Position numbers and translations under genes: made by a program
Assembly: GCA_963747555.1 (NCBI GenBank)
Contig: CAVVFZ010000029.1
Span: 8,876-72,875, forward strand
DNA from: an uncultured delta proteobacterium
GTDB lineage: Bacteria; Desulfobacterota; DSM-4660; Desulfatiglandales; Desulfatiglandaceae
Reading direction: 5' to 3'
Length of the DNA: 64,000 nt
Part shown: piece by piece, positions 9,154-19,371 of the stretch
Layout: the number at the start of each line of letters is the position of its first letter
How positions within the stretch are numbered: position 1 is the first letter of the stretch
The notes under the pieces: model-generated
Told to the model about the DNA's origin: nothing
What the model saw: only the letters and a program-made list of their open reading frames with translations
Databases searched by the model: none

Positions 9154-11193
9154 ATGAAAGCAACGAAAAATGTGGTTTGCGTTTTGGTCGCGTCGGCCTG
9201 GCTGGCCTTTGGCGGCTTCGGTTTTCATGTGATTCAAGGAGCCGATGCACAAACGGAAAAAACTTCATCCCCCGCATCCTCCCTGGAGCAACTGGAAACT
9301 TATTTTCAAAAGGCCAAAGAAGCCATTGGAAACCAGGCCTATGATGAGGCCGCTTCTGAGGTCCAAAAAGGCGCCGACTTTCTGAATACCGAGGCTGGAC
9401 AGGCCACGGGTCAAGTCAGGGAATCGCTCCTGCAGGCCGCGAAGGGATTGGATCGATTGGCTTCCGGACTGGAGAAGGGCCAAGTGAAATCAGTCAATGA
9501 GGCCGAGGAGCCTCTGTCTCATGCGGATAATGCCCTGGCCGAATACTATAGCGCCAGGGCCTCCGAATCATGGAAAAAGAAGGCGATATCAGAGACGGGA
9601 ACCTATTTGAACGCGGCTGCCCTCGCCCTTGAAAAAGCCTGGGCATGGTCCGGTCGCGCGATCGAATCCGGGGCAGACGCGGCCATCCGCTATGCCAGAG
9701 AAGTGGGCGACCGCCTTGAAAAAGAGGAGGACCAAGTATCCGCGGAGGTTGTCGAGGCAGTGGATAAACTGGGAAAGGAGATTCACGGATTCGAACACAA
9801 AAATCTCAAACAATCCAAGAGCAATTTGAAAATCGTATCCCTTCGGCCCTGGGACGCAGTTGGGCCTCCCGGGGAGCTGTTGACTGCCATCAGCAGGGTT
9901 GCGGAGGAGATCATCCCTTCCGTGGTGCAAATACTGATAGAAGGAGGGATGGAAGTCCCGAACCCTTTTCTTCCTTTTGAGAGAAGTCCCTTTTTCCGTA
10001 AGTACTTTGGCCTTCCCAAAAAGATGCCGAAGAAATTCAAAGAAGAATTCGTGGGCCTGGGTACAGGAATCATCATAGACTCCAAAGGGTACATTCTTAC
10101 CAACGACCATGTGGTCTCCGAGGCCAAAAAGATCAAGGTCCTTTTATCCGGCGGGGATGAATATCCGGCGGAAGTTGTGGGCGTCGATCCCAAGACGGAC
10201 CTGGCCATCATAAAAATATCTACCGGCAAGCCCCTTCCCGAAGTGACGTTTGGAAATTCGGATCAGGTAAAAGTCGGACAATGGGTTGTGGCCATCGGCC
10301 AGCCGAGGGGTTTGGACAAAACCGTGACCCAGGGTATCATCAGCGCCAAGCATCGGACAGGCATTAGCAACCCGAGCGGATATCAGGATTTTCTCCAGAC
10401 GGACGCCCCGATTAACCCCGGCAATAGCGGAGGTCCCCTGCTGACGCTTCAAGGAGAGGTCATCGGCATCAATTCGGCGATAGTCACCCAATCCGGCGGG
10501 TTCGAAGGCATCGGGTTTGCCATTCCCAGCAACATGGCCGTTCCCGTAGCTAATGCCTTGATCTCCCATGGAAAGGTGGAACGCGGCTGGCTGGGGATCA
10601 GCATTCAGGAAGTGACCGCGGATCTGGCCAAATCCTTTGGCCTATCCAGGCCCATGGGGGCCCTGATCGCGGATGTGATGAAGGGCGGACCCGGAGAAAA
10701 GGCGGACCTCAAGAGGGGGGATGTGGTCCTGGAATACAACGGACACAAGGTGCCCGATGCCTCGCGGTTCAGAAACTGGGTATCCGAAACGGCCATTGGG
10801 TCGGAGGCGAGCCTTGTCGTTTGGCGCAACGACAAGAAACTGGAACTGAGCGCCAGAATCGAAAGTATCGAGCAGTTTAAAAAGATGTTGACTCCTTTGG
10901 CCAAAGAACGCCTGGGCGTTGTTGTGGGACCTGTGACCGCAGAGCAGGCAGCCGCGTATGGTCTTCCGGCTCCCATGGGCGTCACTATTCAGTGGTTAGA
11001 TCCCAAAGGCCCTCTCGGCAAGGCGGGATTCGAGAAGGGAGACCTGATTCTGGCTATCGACCGTCGCCCCATAGATGGAGTGGACGCATTCCTCAGTATC
11101 GCCAGTAGACTGTCGCGTAATCAAAAGGTTATCCTGCTCGCTCTGGATCACCAAAGCGGGCAGACCAGCTATGTTCAGGTGACGGCCTCGTAA
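9154..11193 (+). CDS. htrA: HtrA/DegP-family periplasmic serine protease with two PDZ domains and a long helical N-terminal extension
   Basis: Catalytic triad contexts TNDHVV, DLAIIK and GNSGGPL. There are two PDZ-like segments, a signal peptide, and a GGAGGA Shine-Dalgarno. Confidence 0.9.
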   Translation: MKATKNVVCVLVASAWLAFGGFGFHVIQGADAQTEKTSSPASSLEQLETYFQKAKEAIGNQAYDEAASEVQKGADFLNTEAGQATGQVRESLLQAAKGLDRLASGLEKGQVKSVNEAEEPLSHADNALAEYYSARASESWKKKAISETGTYLNAAALALEKAWAWSGRAIESGADAAIRYAREVGDRLEKEEDQVSAEVVEAVDKLGKEIHGFEHKNLKQSKSNLKIVSLRPWDAVGPPGELLTAISRVAEEIIPSVVQILIEGGMEVPNPFLPFERSPFFRKYFGLPKKMPKKFKEEFVGLGTGIIIDSKGYILTNDHVVSEAKKIKVLLSGGDEYPAEVVGVDPKTDLAIIKISTGKPLPEVTFGNSDQVKVGQWVVAIGQPRGLDKTVTQGIISAKHRTGISNPSGYQDFLQTDAPINPGNSGGPLLTLQGEVIGINSAIVTQSGGFEGIGFAIPSNMAVPVANALISHGKVERGWLGISIQEVTADLAKSFGLSRPMGALIADVMKGGPGEKADLKRGDVVLEYNGHKVPDASRFRNWVSETAIGSEASLVVWRNDKKLELSARIESIEQFKKMLTPLAKERLGVVVGPVTAEQAAAYGLPAPMGVTIQWLDPKGPLGKAGFEKGDLILAIDRRPIDGVDAFLSIASRLSRNQKVILLALDHQSGQTSYVQVTAS

Positions 11194-11425
11194 CATCCCA
11201 TCGCGAACCGAGGGCCTCCCGCACGGAGGGGAGAGACGGCGACCCCACGCCCGGGCCGCCGCGCGGTTCGAGGATGCCGCCGACGATACGGTGCCCCTTT
11301 CGTTCAACATCAAAACCCTTGATGTCAGGGCCAGGTCAGAGAAAAATGGCGCTGCTTACCGCTTTTGTCGGGTTCCAGGTTTCAGGAAAGGGGCTGTACG
11401 GTGCTGACGCCTGACACCCGAAACC

Positions 11426-14101
11426 TTACTCTTGCGGCGTCAAAATTCCCTTTAACCCCTCCATCGCCTTGCCGAAATCCTCCCAGTGCCCGTTTTCCAT
11501 GGCCTTCTGGACCTTTTGGAATTCCTTCGCGGCACGGAGCAATTCCCCGGTTTGAACAGCGGCCGGGGCAGCCTGCCTCACCCCGGATTGGGAGGCGCCG
11601 AACAAGGCATTGATGGCTTGGTGAAGCGTCGGCTCCATCACGACCTTGTTGCCGGAAACCGCGATAACCCGCTTGAGCTGGGGAATGTCGGTCCCTTCGG
11701 CGGTCAGGTAAACCGGTTCCACATACAGGAAAGAATTGTCGATGGGGATGATCACCAGATTGCCTCGGATGACCCGGCTGCCTTTCTGATCCCACAGGGA
11801 CAATTGTTCGGATATGAGGGTGTTCTGATCGATCATGGCCTCGATCTGGATAGGACCCAATGTGAGACGTTCCTTGGGAAGCTGGTAGACCATCAGATCT
11901 CCATACTGGGGGAAATCACATTTCGCCGCCATCCACGCCACCATGTTGTCCCTGCCCTGGGGCGTGAAAGGCATCATGAGGATATACTGAAGCTCCTTCG
12001 TATTGGGCAGGCGCATGAGGATATAATAGGGTTGCAGAGGGACCGGCGAACCGGCGTACTTTTCCTCGGAAGATGTCCAGAGATCCTCCTGATTGTAAAA
12101 GACCTGGGGTTCGATCATGTGATAGGTCTTGTACATATCCGCCTGAATGGTGAACAGGTCCTCAGGGTATCGCAGATGCCGTTTCAGATCCGGGGAGAGA
12201 TCGGCAAGATCCTTGAAAACCCCGGGAAAGGCATGCCGGTAAGCCAGAAGTACGGGATCTTTCGGATCCATGATATAAAACCGGACGGTCCCATCATAGG
12301 TGTCCACGATCACTTTCACCGAGTTTCTGATATAATTGAGCCGCCGGCCGGATTCCGCCTCGCAGGGCTCTGAATAAGGAAAGCCGTCGGACACGGTGTA
12401 GGCATCCTGAATCCAATAGAGCTTTCCCTCGCTTAGAACCAGATAGGGGTCCCTGTCCAACTCAAGAAAGGGCGCGATCCTTGAGACCCGATCCCGGACT
12501 TTACGCCAGATCTGTATGCGGCTTTCAGGACCCAGATAGGATGTCAACAAGATGTTGATCTCGGACCGGGTCCAGGCGAACAGGATCCTTTTCCAGAACC
12601 CATCCAGAGGGATCCCTCCCCTTCCCCGGTATTCCGTGTATACATTGTCATTTCCCCTGGGGTAGTCAAACTCCTTGACTCTGGTTGCAACGATACGGTA
12701 TCCGGCCATATTTTCGCCGTAATAGATGGCCGGCCGACTCACCGTCAGGCCGTAGGACGAGACGGGCGGGATATTTTCGATAATATACTGGGGGAATCCC
12801 CCTTCCGCCTCTTTCGAAACAAAATTCATGACCAGACCGTAGCCATGGGTGAACTGGAGCCGTTCATTGACCCATGTCGACGCCTTGGGAGGAAGCTTGT
12901 TCGCCAGTTCCCTGGCGGAGAGCATCACCTGGTGAAATCCTTCCTTTGTATGATAGCGATCCACGTCCACGTTGTAGAACTGGTAGTAAAGACGAATTTC
13001 CTGGGTCTGCCGATAGGTTTGAAGAATCGGGCGCCAATCCCACAGGCGGATATTATCGATGGTGTCTTGGTTTCCCTGAATATCCCCCGGCGTAAGATCC
13101 GTCAAAGACGGATAGGCCTCCTCCCGGATTCGGTCCAACTGAAAAGCCTTCCGCGTAAGACGGATATTGTTTTTCAAATAGGGGGTTTCCAGCGCCAGTT
13201 CATTGGGCGCTACCTTATATTTTTGAACCAGGCCGGGAATGATGGCGATGAGGATGAAATAGAGCAGGAAATAGCCGCCGACCTCCACCAGCACCGTTGG
13301 AAAACGGGGTTTCCATACATTGAGCAGGATCAGCACGCCAAGGACCAGGGATGCAAAGAGCATGATCCAGAGGCATATTTTCGTCACGTGGTCGGCGGTA
13401 TATCCGACGCCGTACACAACGCCCCGCGTGGAATAGAGAAGCTCAAATCGGTCCAGGTAGAAACCCCAGGCCAACGTTGCAAGAAAGAAAAAAAAGAGGA
13501 TGCACAAGTGACGGGCAACCGTCGGATTGATTTGCGGATGGGATAACCGCTCAACCTGAAGCGCTCCGAAAGATGCGTATAAAAACGAGAGGATGATTAG
13601 GGCGGTCAGACTAAGCCCCAGCAGGCCGCCCTGTATCAATTCATAGAATGGGAGACGAAAAAGATAGAAACCGATATCCAGGCCATAGATGGGATCGGTT
13701 TCGCCGAAGCCGCCTCCCCACAAAAAACGTAGATACTTGTCCCATTCGCCGTAAAATATGCGCGCGAAGATCAAGGCGACAAAAAGGGACAACAATACGG
13801 GGATCACCCTTGTCATCGCCGAAGAGATTTTTACCGCATCTCCCTGAAAGACCGAACCGCTCCTCACGGCAAAGCGAAGATTGACCCACAGGTAGATAAA
13901 GACGCCGAGAAAGGCAAACCCGAATAAGGTCCACTTAATGGAGAGGAGGCGCCAGAAGATATTTCCATAATCCAGCTGGCGCATCCAGAGCCATTCCACA
14001 ATCCAGCCTGACAGAGCGGATAGCAGGATAAGAAAGGCAATAACCGATGCCCCCGCCACAACCCAGAAAACAGGTCTTTTTTTGAACCAGTCCAGCTTCA
14101 T
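11426..14101 (-). CDS. UPF0182-family large integral membrane protein
   Basis: 891 aa. The N-terminal multi-TM region, a large soluble part containing YYQFYNVDVDRY, and the overall size and architecture are typical of UPF0182 (COG1615). Confidence 0.8.
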   Translation of the reverse strand: MKLDWFKKRPVFWVVAGASVIAFLILLSALSGWIVEWLWMRQLDYGNIFWRLLSIKWTLFGFAFLGVFIYLWVNLRFAVRSGSVFQGDAVKISSAMTRVIPVLLSLFVALIFARIFYGEWDKYLRFLWGGGFGETDPIYGLDIGFYLFRLPFYELIQGGLLGLSLTALIILSFLYASFGALQVERLSHPQINPTVARHLCILFFFFLATLAWGFYLDRFELLYSTRGVVYGVGYTADHVTKICLWIMLFASLVLGVLILLNVWKPRFPTVLVEVGGYFLLYFILIAIIPGLVQKYKVAPNELALETPYLKNNIRLTRKAFQLDRIREEAYPSLTDLTPGDIQGNQDTIDNIRLWDWRPILQTYRQTQEIRLYYQFYNVDVDRYHTKEGFHQVMLSARELANKLPPKASTWVNERLQFTHGYGLVMNFVSKEAEGGFPQYIIENIPPVSSYGLTVSRPAIYYGENMAGYRIVATRVKEFDYPRGNDNVYTEYRGRGGIPLDGFWKRILFAWTRSEINILLTSYLGPESRIQIWRKVRDRVSRIAPFLELDRDPYLVLSEGKLYWIQDAYTVSDGFPYSEPCEAESGRRLNYIRNSVKVIVDTYDGTVRFYIMDPKDPVLLAYRHAFPGVFKDLADLSPDLKRHLRYPEDLFTIQADMYKTYHMIEPQVFYNQEDLWTSSEEKYAGSPVPLQPYYILMRLPNTKELQYILMMPFTPQGRDNMVAWMAAKCDFPQYGDLMVYQLPKERLTLGPIQIEAMIDQNTLISEQLSLWDQKGSRVIRGNLVIIPIDNSFLYVEPVYLTAEGTDIPQLKRVIAVSGNKVVMEPTLHQAINALFGASQSGVRQAAPAAVQTGELLRAAKEFQKVQKAMENGHWEDFGKAMEGLKGILTPQE

Positions 14102-14197
14102 CAGACTTCATCCTTTCAGGAATTCAGGGGGACTGAGAGCGTGCCCCTGAAGTTCCTGCACGGATTATTTGAGCCAGTTGAGGCCCAGACCCCCTAT

Positions 14198-15112
14198 TTA
14201 CTTGCCTGGAGGGAGAAGAAGTTTCTGTCCAGGATAAATATACTTCTTGTCCTTGAGATGGTTCAGCGTAACCAATTGAGCGACGGTTGTGCCTTGCTTT
14301 GCAGCGATCTTGGACAATGAGTCCCCTGCCTGAACCGTATAATAATCCCCCCCACCTTGCGAAACGGGTTTCATTTTTTCGCCCTTTTCAGCCATTTTGG
14401 GTTTGGCCGCCATGGTTACAGTCTTAAGCAGCTTGTCCGACGCCGGGTTTTGGACATCTCCCCGAATAAGAATGTCGGTTGGCGTCACGCCCTTTTTGCC
14501 ATAATAGGCCTCGTTCCAACTGTTTCGCACCCCGACAACCGCACCGTCCAATGAAATACCGGCGTACAATCCTTTCGACAAGGCGTAGACGAGGATGTCG
14601 GCACTGATATTGGCCGTGGCCGCGGCAGCGCCAACCCCGACGGGTCCTGCCGCCGCCCCTACGTCCGCACCCAGCTTCACACTGGGCGACAAGAGTGCAT
14701 TAACGCCTCTATCGGTCATGGCAAGCATGATCACCTGAGAGGCCTTGCCGCCTATCTGAAGACCAAAACTTACTTCGCCGATGGTATAAAAAGCCGGTCC
14801 TTTCCAAATCCCTGTTTTTGCGTCGCGGACCACGAATACACCGCTTCCGCCGGAGGCGCCAAAAACAAATGCTCCTTCCAGCACCTGCGGGGAGATTAGG
14901 ACGCCTTTCGCCTTGCCTAAGAGGTCGCGAAAACCCGGCAATGCTTTCGAAGCCAGGAAGTTATCCAGGGTTAGTACGGATTTCACCACAAGCTGCGACG
15001 TATCTGAAGCATCGTCGGCGAAAACAGGGGTGATATTGAAAACCGTAAATGCAAACGCCAAAACAACGACTGCCACCATACCTCTTATCAACGACATCTT
15101 CTGTTTACCCAT
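14198..15112 (-). CDS. Ysc84/SYLF (DUF500) lipid-binding domain protein with C-terminal LysM domain
   Basis: Signal peptide, SYLF-like [26 protein letters not shown], and a C-terminal LysM ([28 protein letters not shown]). Confidence 0.75.
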   Translation of the reverse strand: MGKQKMSLIRGMVAVVVLAFAFTVFNITPVFADDASDTSQLVVKSVLTLDNFLASKALPGFRDLLGKAKGVLISPQVLEGAFVFGASGGSGVFVVRDAKTGIWKGPAFYTIGEVSFGLQIGGKASQVIMLAMTDRGVNALLSPSVKLGADVGAAAGPVGVGAAAATANISADILVYALSKGLYAGISLDGAVVGVRNSWNEAYYGKKGVTPTDILIRGDVQNPASDKLLKTVTMAAKPKMAEKGEKMKPVSQGGGDYYTVQAGDSLSKIAAKQGTTVAQLVTLNHLKDKKYIYPGQKLLLPPGK

Positions 15113-15395
15113 AATTCCTTTTCCTCCTCTTTCGGTTTAGATTTAACGATTACGTTATCGAACAGATCCACATACGCATTATAATATTTTTACTTAATGA
15201 TACAATGCCAAATAAAAGGGAATGGGCGGAATCATGTATTTTGCCCTCAAAAGGGAGGTAGAACGCAAACAGAGCCCTTTGACGGAATGACTTTGCTGAA
15301 TCTAAGTGGTTTCCAGAGATTTTGAATAGGACACAGCATGGCCTGGCCCTGCTGCATTAACTCTGGAAAACGAGGAAAAAAAATGATATAAAAAC

Positions 15396-15652
15396 GTATT
15401 TTATTCAAATTCCCTGGCAGGGAAATGCGGAATCAGGAAACCCATTCCGTCACAAGGTCTTTTTTGCTGCCGCATCCAATTCCTACGGCAGCACCGGCTC
15501 TTTAGGCTGGTACGGACAAGTGGATGAAACTCAAGGGGTTTGGTTGTATCAGCCTAAAAGCGCGTCTCCACGGTCGGTGAAGGTTTATCCAAGATGCGGC
15601 AGCAAAAAAGACCTCGTGACTCCATTACCGCCAGGATTTTTGAATATGATGC
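15396..15652 (+). mobile_element. Full-length MITE copy A
   Basis: Termini are GTATTTTATTCAAA and TTTGAATATGATGC, with the conserved 28-bp arms and an apical stem. The flanking 8-mers ATAAAAAC / CAAAAAAG are only 5/8 identical, which suggests an older insertion. Confidence 0.85.
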
Positions 15653-15777
15653 CAAAAAAGAGTATTTTCACCCTATTCGAATTTCGTGTGTGACTTCTCT
15701 GCCGGCAACAAAACTTTTCATCACGTCAACCTTGCAAGTCGCGACCGGGGAAACGGGGGCGTGGAAATGAGTATTTT

Positions 15778-16584
15778 ATGGGATTAAATCGTATCTGGAT
15801 GGGGAGAAAAGAACGTCTGGAACAACTGGACGAATATGTGCAACGAGAAAACCTGGCCCACTTCGGTTTTGAAGAGCTGAACGAGGCGGACAAAGCCGAA
15901 CGGGTGCGCCGTCATTTTGATGCGGTAGCTCGCAAATATGACGTGATGAATACCCTGCTCAGTTTCGGCGCCCATTATCTATGGAAACAGCAGGCTATCC
16001 ACATGCTGGACCTGAAGCCCGGCAGTAAGATCCTGGATGTTTGCGGGGGCACCGGTGATCTATCCATTTTATCCCAACGGGCGGTGGGGTCCGCAGGCCG
16101 GGTTGTCCTCTACGATATCAACCGCTCCATGATCACGGCCGGACGGCGAAAACGTACCAACCAGGCGACCCGAAAACAAATCACCTATATTCAGGGCGAC
16201 GCAGAAAAGATTGCGTTTCAAGACAACACCTTTGACGTAGTCATGATCGGATTCGCCGTACGAAACATCACCCATATGAAGCAGGCCTTCAGGGAAATGG
16301 TTCGCGTCCTTAAACCCGGCGGCACGTTTCTTTGTCTTGAATTTTCCAGACCTGTATGGCCCTGGTTCCGATGGCTTTACGATTTCTACTCCTTTTACAT
16401 CATGCCGGTCCTGGGAAACGCCATCGCCGGGGACAAAACCGCCTACACCTGCCTGCCGGAAACCATTCGGCTGTTTCTCCTCCCGGATGAACTCTCGGAC
16501 ATCTTCCGGGAGGTGGGTCTTTCCGACGTCAACTACAGATTATTAACCAATGGTATCGCCGTAGCCCATACGGCAATAAAATAA
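15778..16584 (+). CDS. ubiE: Demethylmenaquinone / ubiquinone C-methyltransferase (UbiE/MenG)
   Basis: FDAVARKYDVMN, LDVCGGTGDL (SAM motif I) and YLPETIR-like C-terminal motifs. Confidence 0.9.
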   Translation: MGLNRIWMGRKERLEQLDEYVQRENLAHFGFEELNEADKAERVRRHFDAVARKYDVMNTLLSFGAHYLWKQQAIHMLDLKPGSKILDVCGGTGDLSILSQRAVGSAGRVVLYDINRSMITAGRRKRTNQATRKQITYIQGDAEKIAFQDNTFDVVMIGFAVRNITHMKQAFREMVRVLKPGGTFLCLEFSRPVWPWFRWLYDFYSFYIMPVLGNAIAGDKTAYTCLPETIRLFLLPDELSDIFREVGLSDVNYRLLTNGIAVAHTAIK

Positions 16585-16592
16585 GGGTTGCC

Positions 16593-17303
16593 ATGGACAA
16601 TGCGGACGGTACCGAGATTGCTAAATTTGATCGCCTGGCCTCTCGCTGGTGGGACTCCTCGGGACCGCTAAAATCCCTTCATGAAATCAATCCTCTAAGG
16701 CTGCGGTATATCCGTCAGCGGGCATCGCTGAAAGGAACAAAGGTTCTGGACGTGGGTTGCGGCGGCGGGATCCTCTCCGAAGCCCTGGCCTCAGCCGGCG
16801 CCCGGGTTACGGGTATCGATCTGGGGGCTGATGCCCTGGCTGCGGCGCGTCATCATGCCGCCATGAAAGGATTGAAGATTGATTATCGGCAGGAGGCGGT
16901 GGAAACCCTGGCATCATCGGATATGGATCTGTACGATCTGGTGGCCTGTATGGAACTGCTGGAGCATGTCCCCGATCCCCGATCCGTAGTCCGCGCGTGT
17001 TCCCGGCTCCTGAAGCCGAACGGAGATCTCATCTTCGCGACGATCAACCGCAATCTGAAATCCTTCCTCTTCGCCATTATCGGCGCCGAATATATCCTCC
17101 GTCTCCTGCCCACGGGCTCCCACCGGCATACCAGGTTTATCAGGCCGCATGAATTAATCGGATGGGGAGAAAACGATCATTTGGAAATACGGGATACAAC
17201 CGGACTGGGATACAACCCTTTCACGCACGGGTATTTTCTGACCAGGGATACAAGCGTAAACTATTTTGCCCATTTTAAGAAGAGAAAGGGGACAGGCAAA
17301 TAG
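16593..17303 (+). CDS. ubiG: 3-demethylubiquinone-9 3-O-methyltransferase-like (UbiG family)
   Basis: EIAKFDRLASRWWD, LHEINPLRLRYI and VLDVGCGGGILSE motifs. Confidence 0.85.
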   Translation: MDNADGTEIAKFDRLASRWWDSSGPLKSLHEINPLRLRYIRQRASLKGTKVLDVGCGGGILSEALASAGARVTGIDLGADALAAARHHAAMKGLKIDYRQEAVETLASSDMDLYDLVACMELLEHVPDPRSVVRACSRLLKPNGDLIFATINRNLKSFLFAIIGAEYILRLLPTGSHRHTRFIRPHELIGWGENDHLEIRDTTGLGYNPFTHGYFLTRDTSVNYFAHFKKRKGTGK

Positions 17304-17379
17304 TTTTTGATTGTCGCTATTCAACCCCACTCCTTTTGAAGGGAGAACTCTACTGAAGAAGCCCGTCCTCAGTTCCCAC

Positions 17380-18291
17380 TCATTGATTCGGGTCTAAGAA
17401 ATCGGCCTTTGCGAATTCAGGATTTGGGTAGGTATAGAATCCGCGGCCGGTCTTCATCCCCAGCCGGCCCGCTTCAATGAGCTCTTTCAGCGCGTTGGGC
17501 GGTCGATCTTCCGGCTTTTGGGATTCCTGAAAATAGACCATTTCAATGTCCCAGATCACATCGAGACCCACCGTATCCATCAGGCCAAAGGGTCCCCAGG
17601 GAGTTTTGGCAAACACCATAAATGCTCGATCTACATCCCTGAAATCCACAATGCCCTCCGCCCACATGAGCAACACTTCTTTCTTGATAGCCCGCCAGAC
17701 CCGGTTGAAGCAGAATCCCAGTGACTCTTTCTTGACCCTGAGAGGAATAACATTCAGTGATTTGACAAACCTTACACCTGCCTCCAGAACTTCCGGCGAC
17801 GTCCTGGTGCCGCCCATCACATCAGCCATGTTCTGTCCCAGAACCAGTTGGTAGAAATGAATGTTAAGGCATCTTTCAGGGCGCTTCGTAACATTTTCCA
17901 GTCTGGATACCGGCATAGAAGACGAATTGGTGGCCAGGATAGCGCCATCGGAGCAATGTGCATCCATTTCCGCCCAGATCTTCCTTTTTATTTCCAGATT
18001 TTCAGGAACCACTTCAATAATTAGGTCGGCATCCTGAACAGCTTCCCGAAAGCCGCCTGAAAGCGCCACCTGCCCTGCGGCACCCTTCCATTTTCCTAAA
18101 TCCACGGGTCCGGATGAAGAACCGTTTGCAATAAGATGATTGAAGTTTTCGAGCATTCGACCGAGAGCTCCACGATCCGGATCATACCCCCGAACGTTGT
18201 ATCCCATGGCGGCAGACTGAAGCGCGATCTGAGCGCCCAGTGTCCCCAGACCCAGAACCGCAACACTATGTATTATAGTCTTTGCTTCCAT
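17380..18291 (-). CDS. 3-hydroxyacyl-CoA dehydrogenase (NAD-binding, Hbd-like)
   Basis: VAVLGLGTLGAQIA Rossmann motif, DLIIEVVPENLEIKRK, and C-terminal LGMKTGRGFYTY. I prefer the ATG at 18291, downstream of a GAAGGA Shine-Dalgarno, over the TTG at 18309. Confidence 0.85.
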   Translation of the reverse strand: MEAKTIIHSVAVLGLGTLGAQIALQSAAMGYNVRGYDPDRGALGRMLENFNHLIANGSSSGPVDLGKWKGAAGQVALSGGFREAVQDADLIIEVVPENLEIKRKIWAEMDAHCSDGAILATNSSSMPVSRLENVTKRPERCLNIHFYQLVLGQNMADVMGGTRTSPEVLEAGVRFVKSLNVIPLRVKKESLGFCFNRVWRAIKKEVLLMWAEGIVDFRDVDRAFMVFAKTPWGPFGLMDTVGLDVIWDIEMVYFQESQKPEDRPPNALKELIEAGRLGMKTGRGFYTYPNPEFAKADFLDPNQ

Positions 18292-18305
18292 TAACCCAAT
18301 CCTTC

Positions 18306-19241
18306 TCAAAAACCAACCTTATCCAGGCCTTTCAGACCCAGGATCTGTCTTGCCTCCTCGGGGGTCGCGGGTGCGAGACCCAGTTCGCGGGCAATACGAA
18401 TGATTTTGGCCACCTGTTCTCCGCTGTTCTTCGCCAAGACACCCTTTTCCAGATACAAATTATCTTCAAGCCCCACCCGGCCGTTACCGCCCATGATCAG
18501 TGCCTGAGTCACCATTGGGAACTGATTTCGCCCGGCCGCGCACACCGACCATACAAAATTCCCGATGCGACGTTCCGCCTCGCCCAAAAGGTATACCAGG
18601 TTTTCCGCCGATGCTGATATGCCACCCAGAATTCCCAACACGAACTGCAGATACACCGGCGGTTTTACGTGACCTTCCTGAATTAAAAAGGCCACGTTGT
18701 TGATCATGCCCACATCATAAATCTCAAATTCGGGTTTAGTCCCCTGCCGGGCAAAGTTCTCCAGGAACTTTCGCATGGTGTAAAAGGTGTTCGGGAAAAT
18801 GTAGTCCTCGGTTCCGGCCAGATACTCCTTTTCCCAGTCATGTTTCCAATCGGTAAATTTATCCGCTACATGAAACAGGGCGAAGTTGAGGGAACCGGCA
18901 TTTAAAGAGGCCAATTCCGGACGCAGGGAGTTAACCACCCGAACCCGGTTTTCCACCGGTTCACCCAGCCGTCCGCCCGTGGTGGTGCACAGAATAATAT
19001 CGCAGCGCTTTTTGACTTCGGAAGCGATATATTTGAAGGTCTCCTGATCCGCGTTGGGAACACCCGTTTCCTGGTCACGCACGTGAACATGGGCGACGGC
19101 GCCCCCCGCTTCGTACACGGACAGGATATCCGCGATGATCTCATCTGCGGTAACCGGAAGGTGGGGTGACATGCTTGGCGTATGAATGGCGCCGGTGACG
19201 GCTGCCGTAAATATTCTTTTGTTGCCTGGATTTGCTTTCAT
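18306..19241 (-). CDS. BKACE-family enzyme (3-keto-5-aminohexanoate cleavage enzyme-like, DUF849)
   Basis: FTAAVTGAIHTPS...AVAHVHVRD and later GGNGRVGLEDN motifs are characteristic of BKACE. The ATG at 19241 gives 311 aa. Confidence 0.85.
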   Translation of the reverse strand: MKANPGNKRIFTAAVTGAIHTPSMSPHLPVTADEIIADILSVYEAGGAVAHVHVRDQETGVPNADQETFKYIASEVKKRCDIILCTTTGGRLGEPVENRVRVVNSLRPELASLNAGSLNFALFHVADKFTDWKHDWEKEYLAGTEDYIFPNTFYTMRKFLENFARQGTKPEFEIYDVGMINNVAFLIQEGHVKPPVYLQFVLGILGGISASAENLVYLLGEAERRIGNFVWSVCAAGRNQFPMVTQALIMGGNGRVGLEDNLYLEKGVLAKNSGEQVAKIIRIARELGLAPATPEEARQILGLKGLDKVGF

Positions 19242-19371
19242 AATTTTCTCACGCTTATTTGTAATGTTCCTGATCTGCAGCTTTGTGCCACGCATAGATC
19301 AAATCTTTTCAAAACAGGATTGCCTCCATCCGTTACAAATCCGAATGGAGGCAAAGACCTTATTTTGAGCC

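Noticed and set aside
11486-12373. Long antisense ORFs opposite strongly supported genes: 11486..12373, 12845..13546, 19459..20559, 22422..23438, 32556..33359, 45883..46674, 46891..47706, 52211..53461, 54017..54871, 59250..60179, 60509..61810 and 63023..63865.
   Set aside because: Each lies wholly within a gene on the other strand that has clear family motifs. Their translations are Arg/Gly/Pro/His-rich with no recognisable motif, which is the usual shadow-ORF pattern in GC-balanced to GC-rich coding DNA.
15671-15686. CCCTATTCGAATTTCG, which resembles the MITE left terminus, 19 nt after copy A.
   Set aside because: It is only ~16 nt long with mismatches, and no arm sequence follows. That is too short to call a separate copy.
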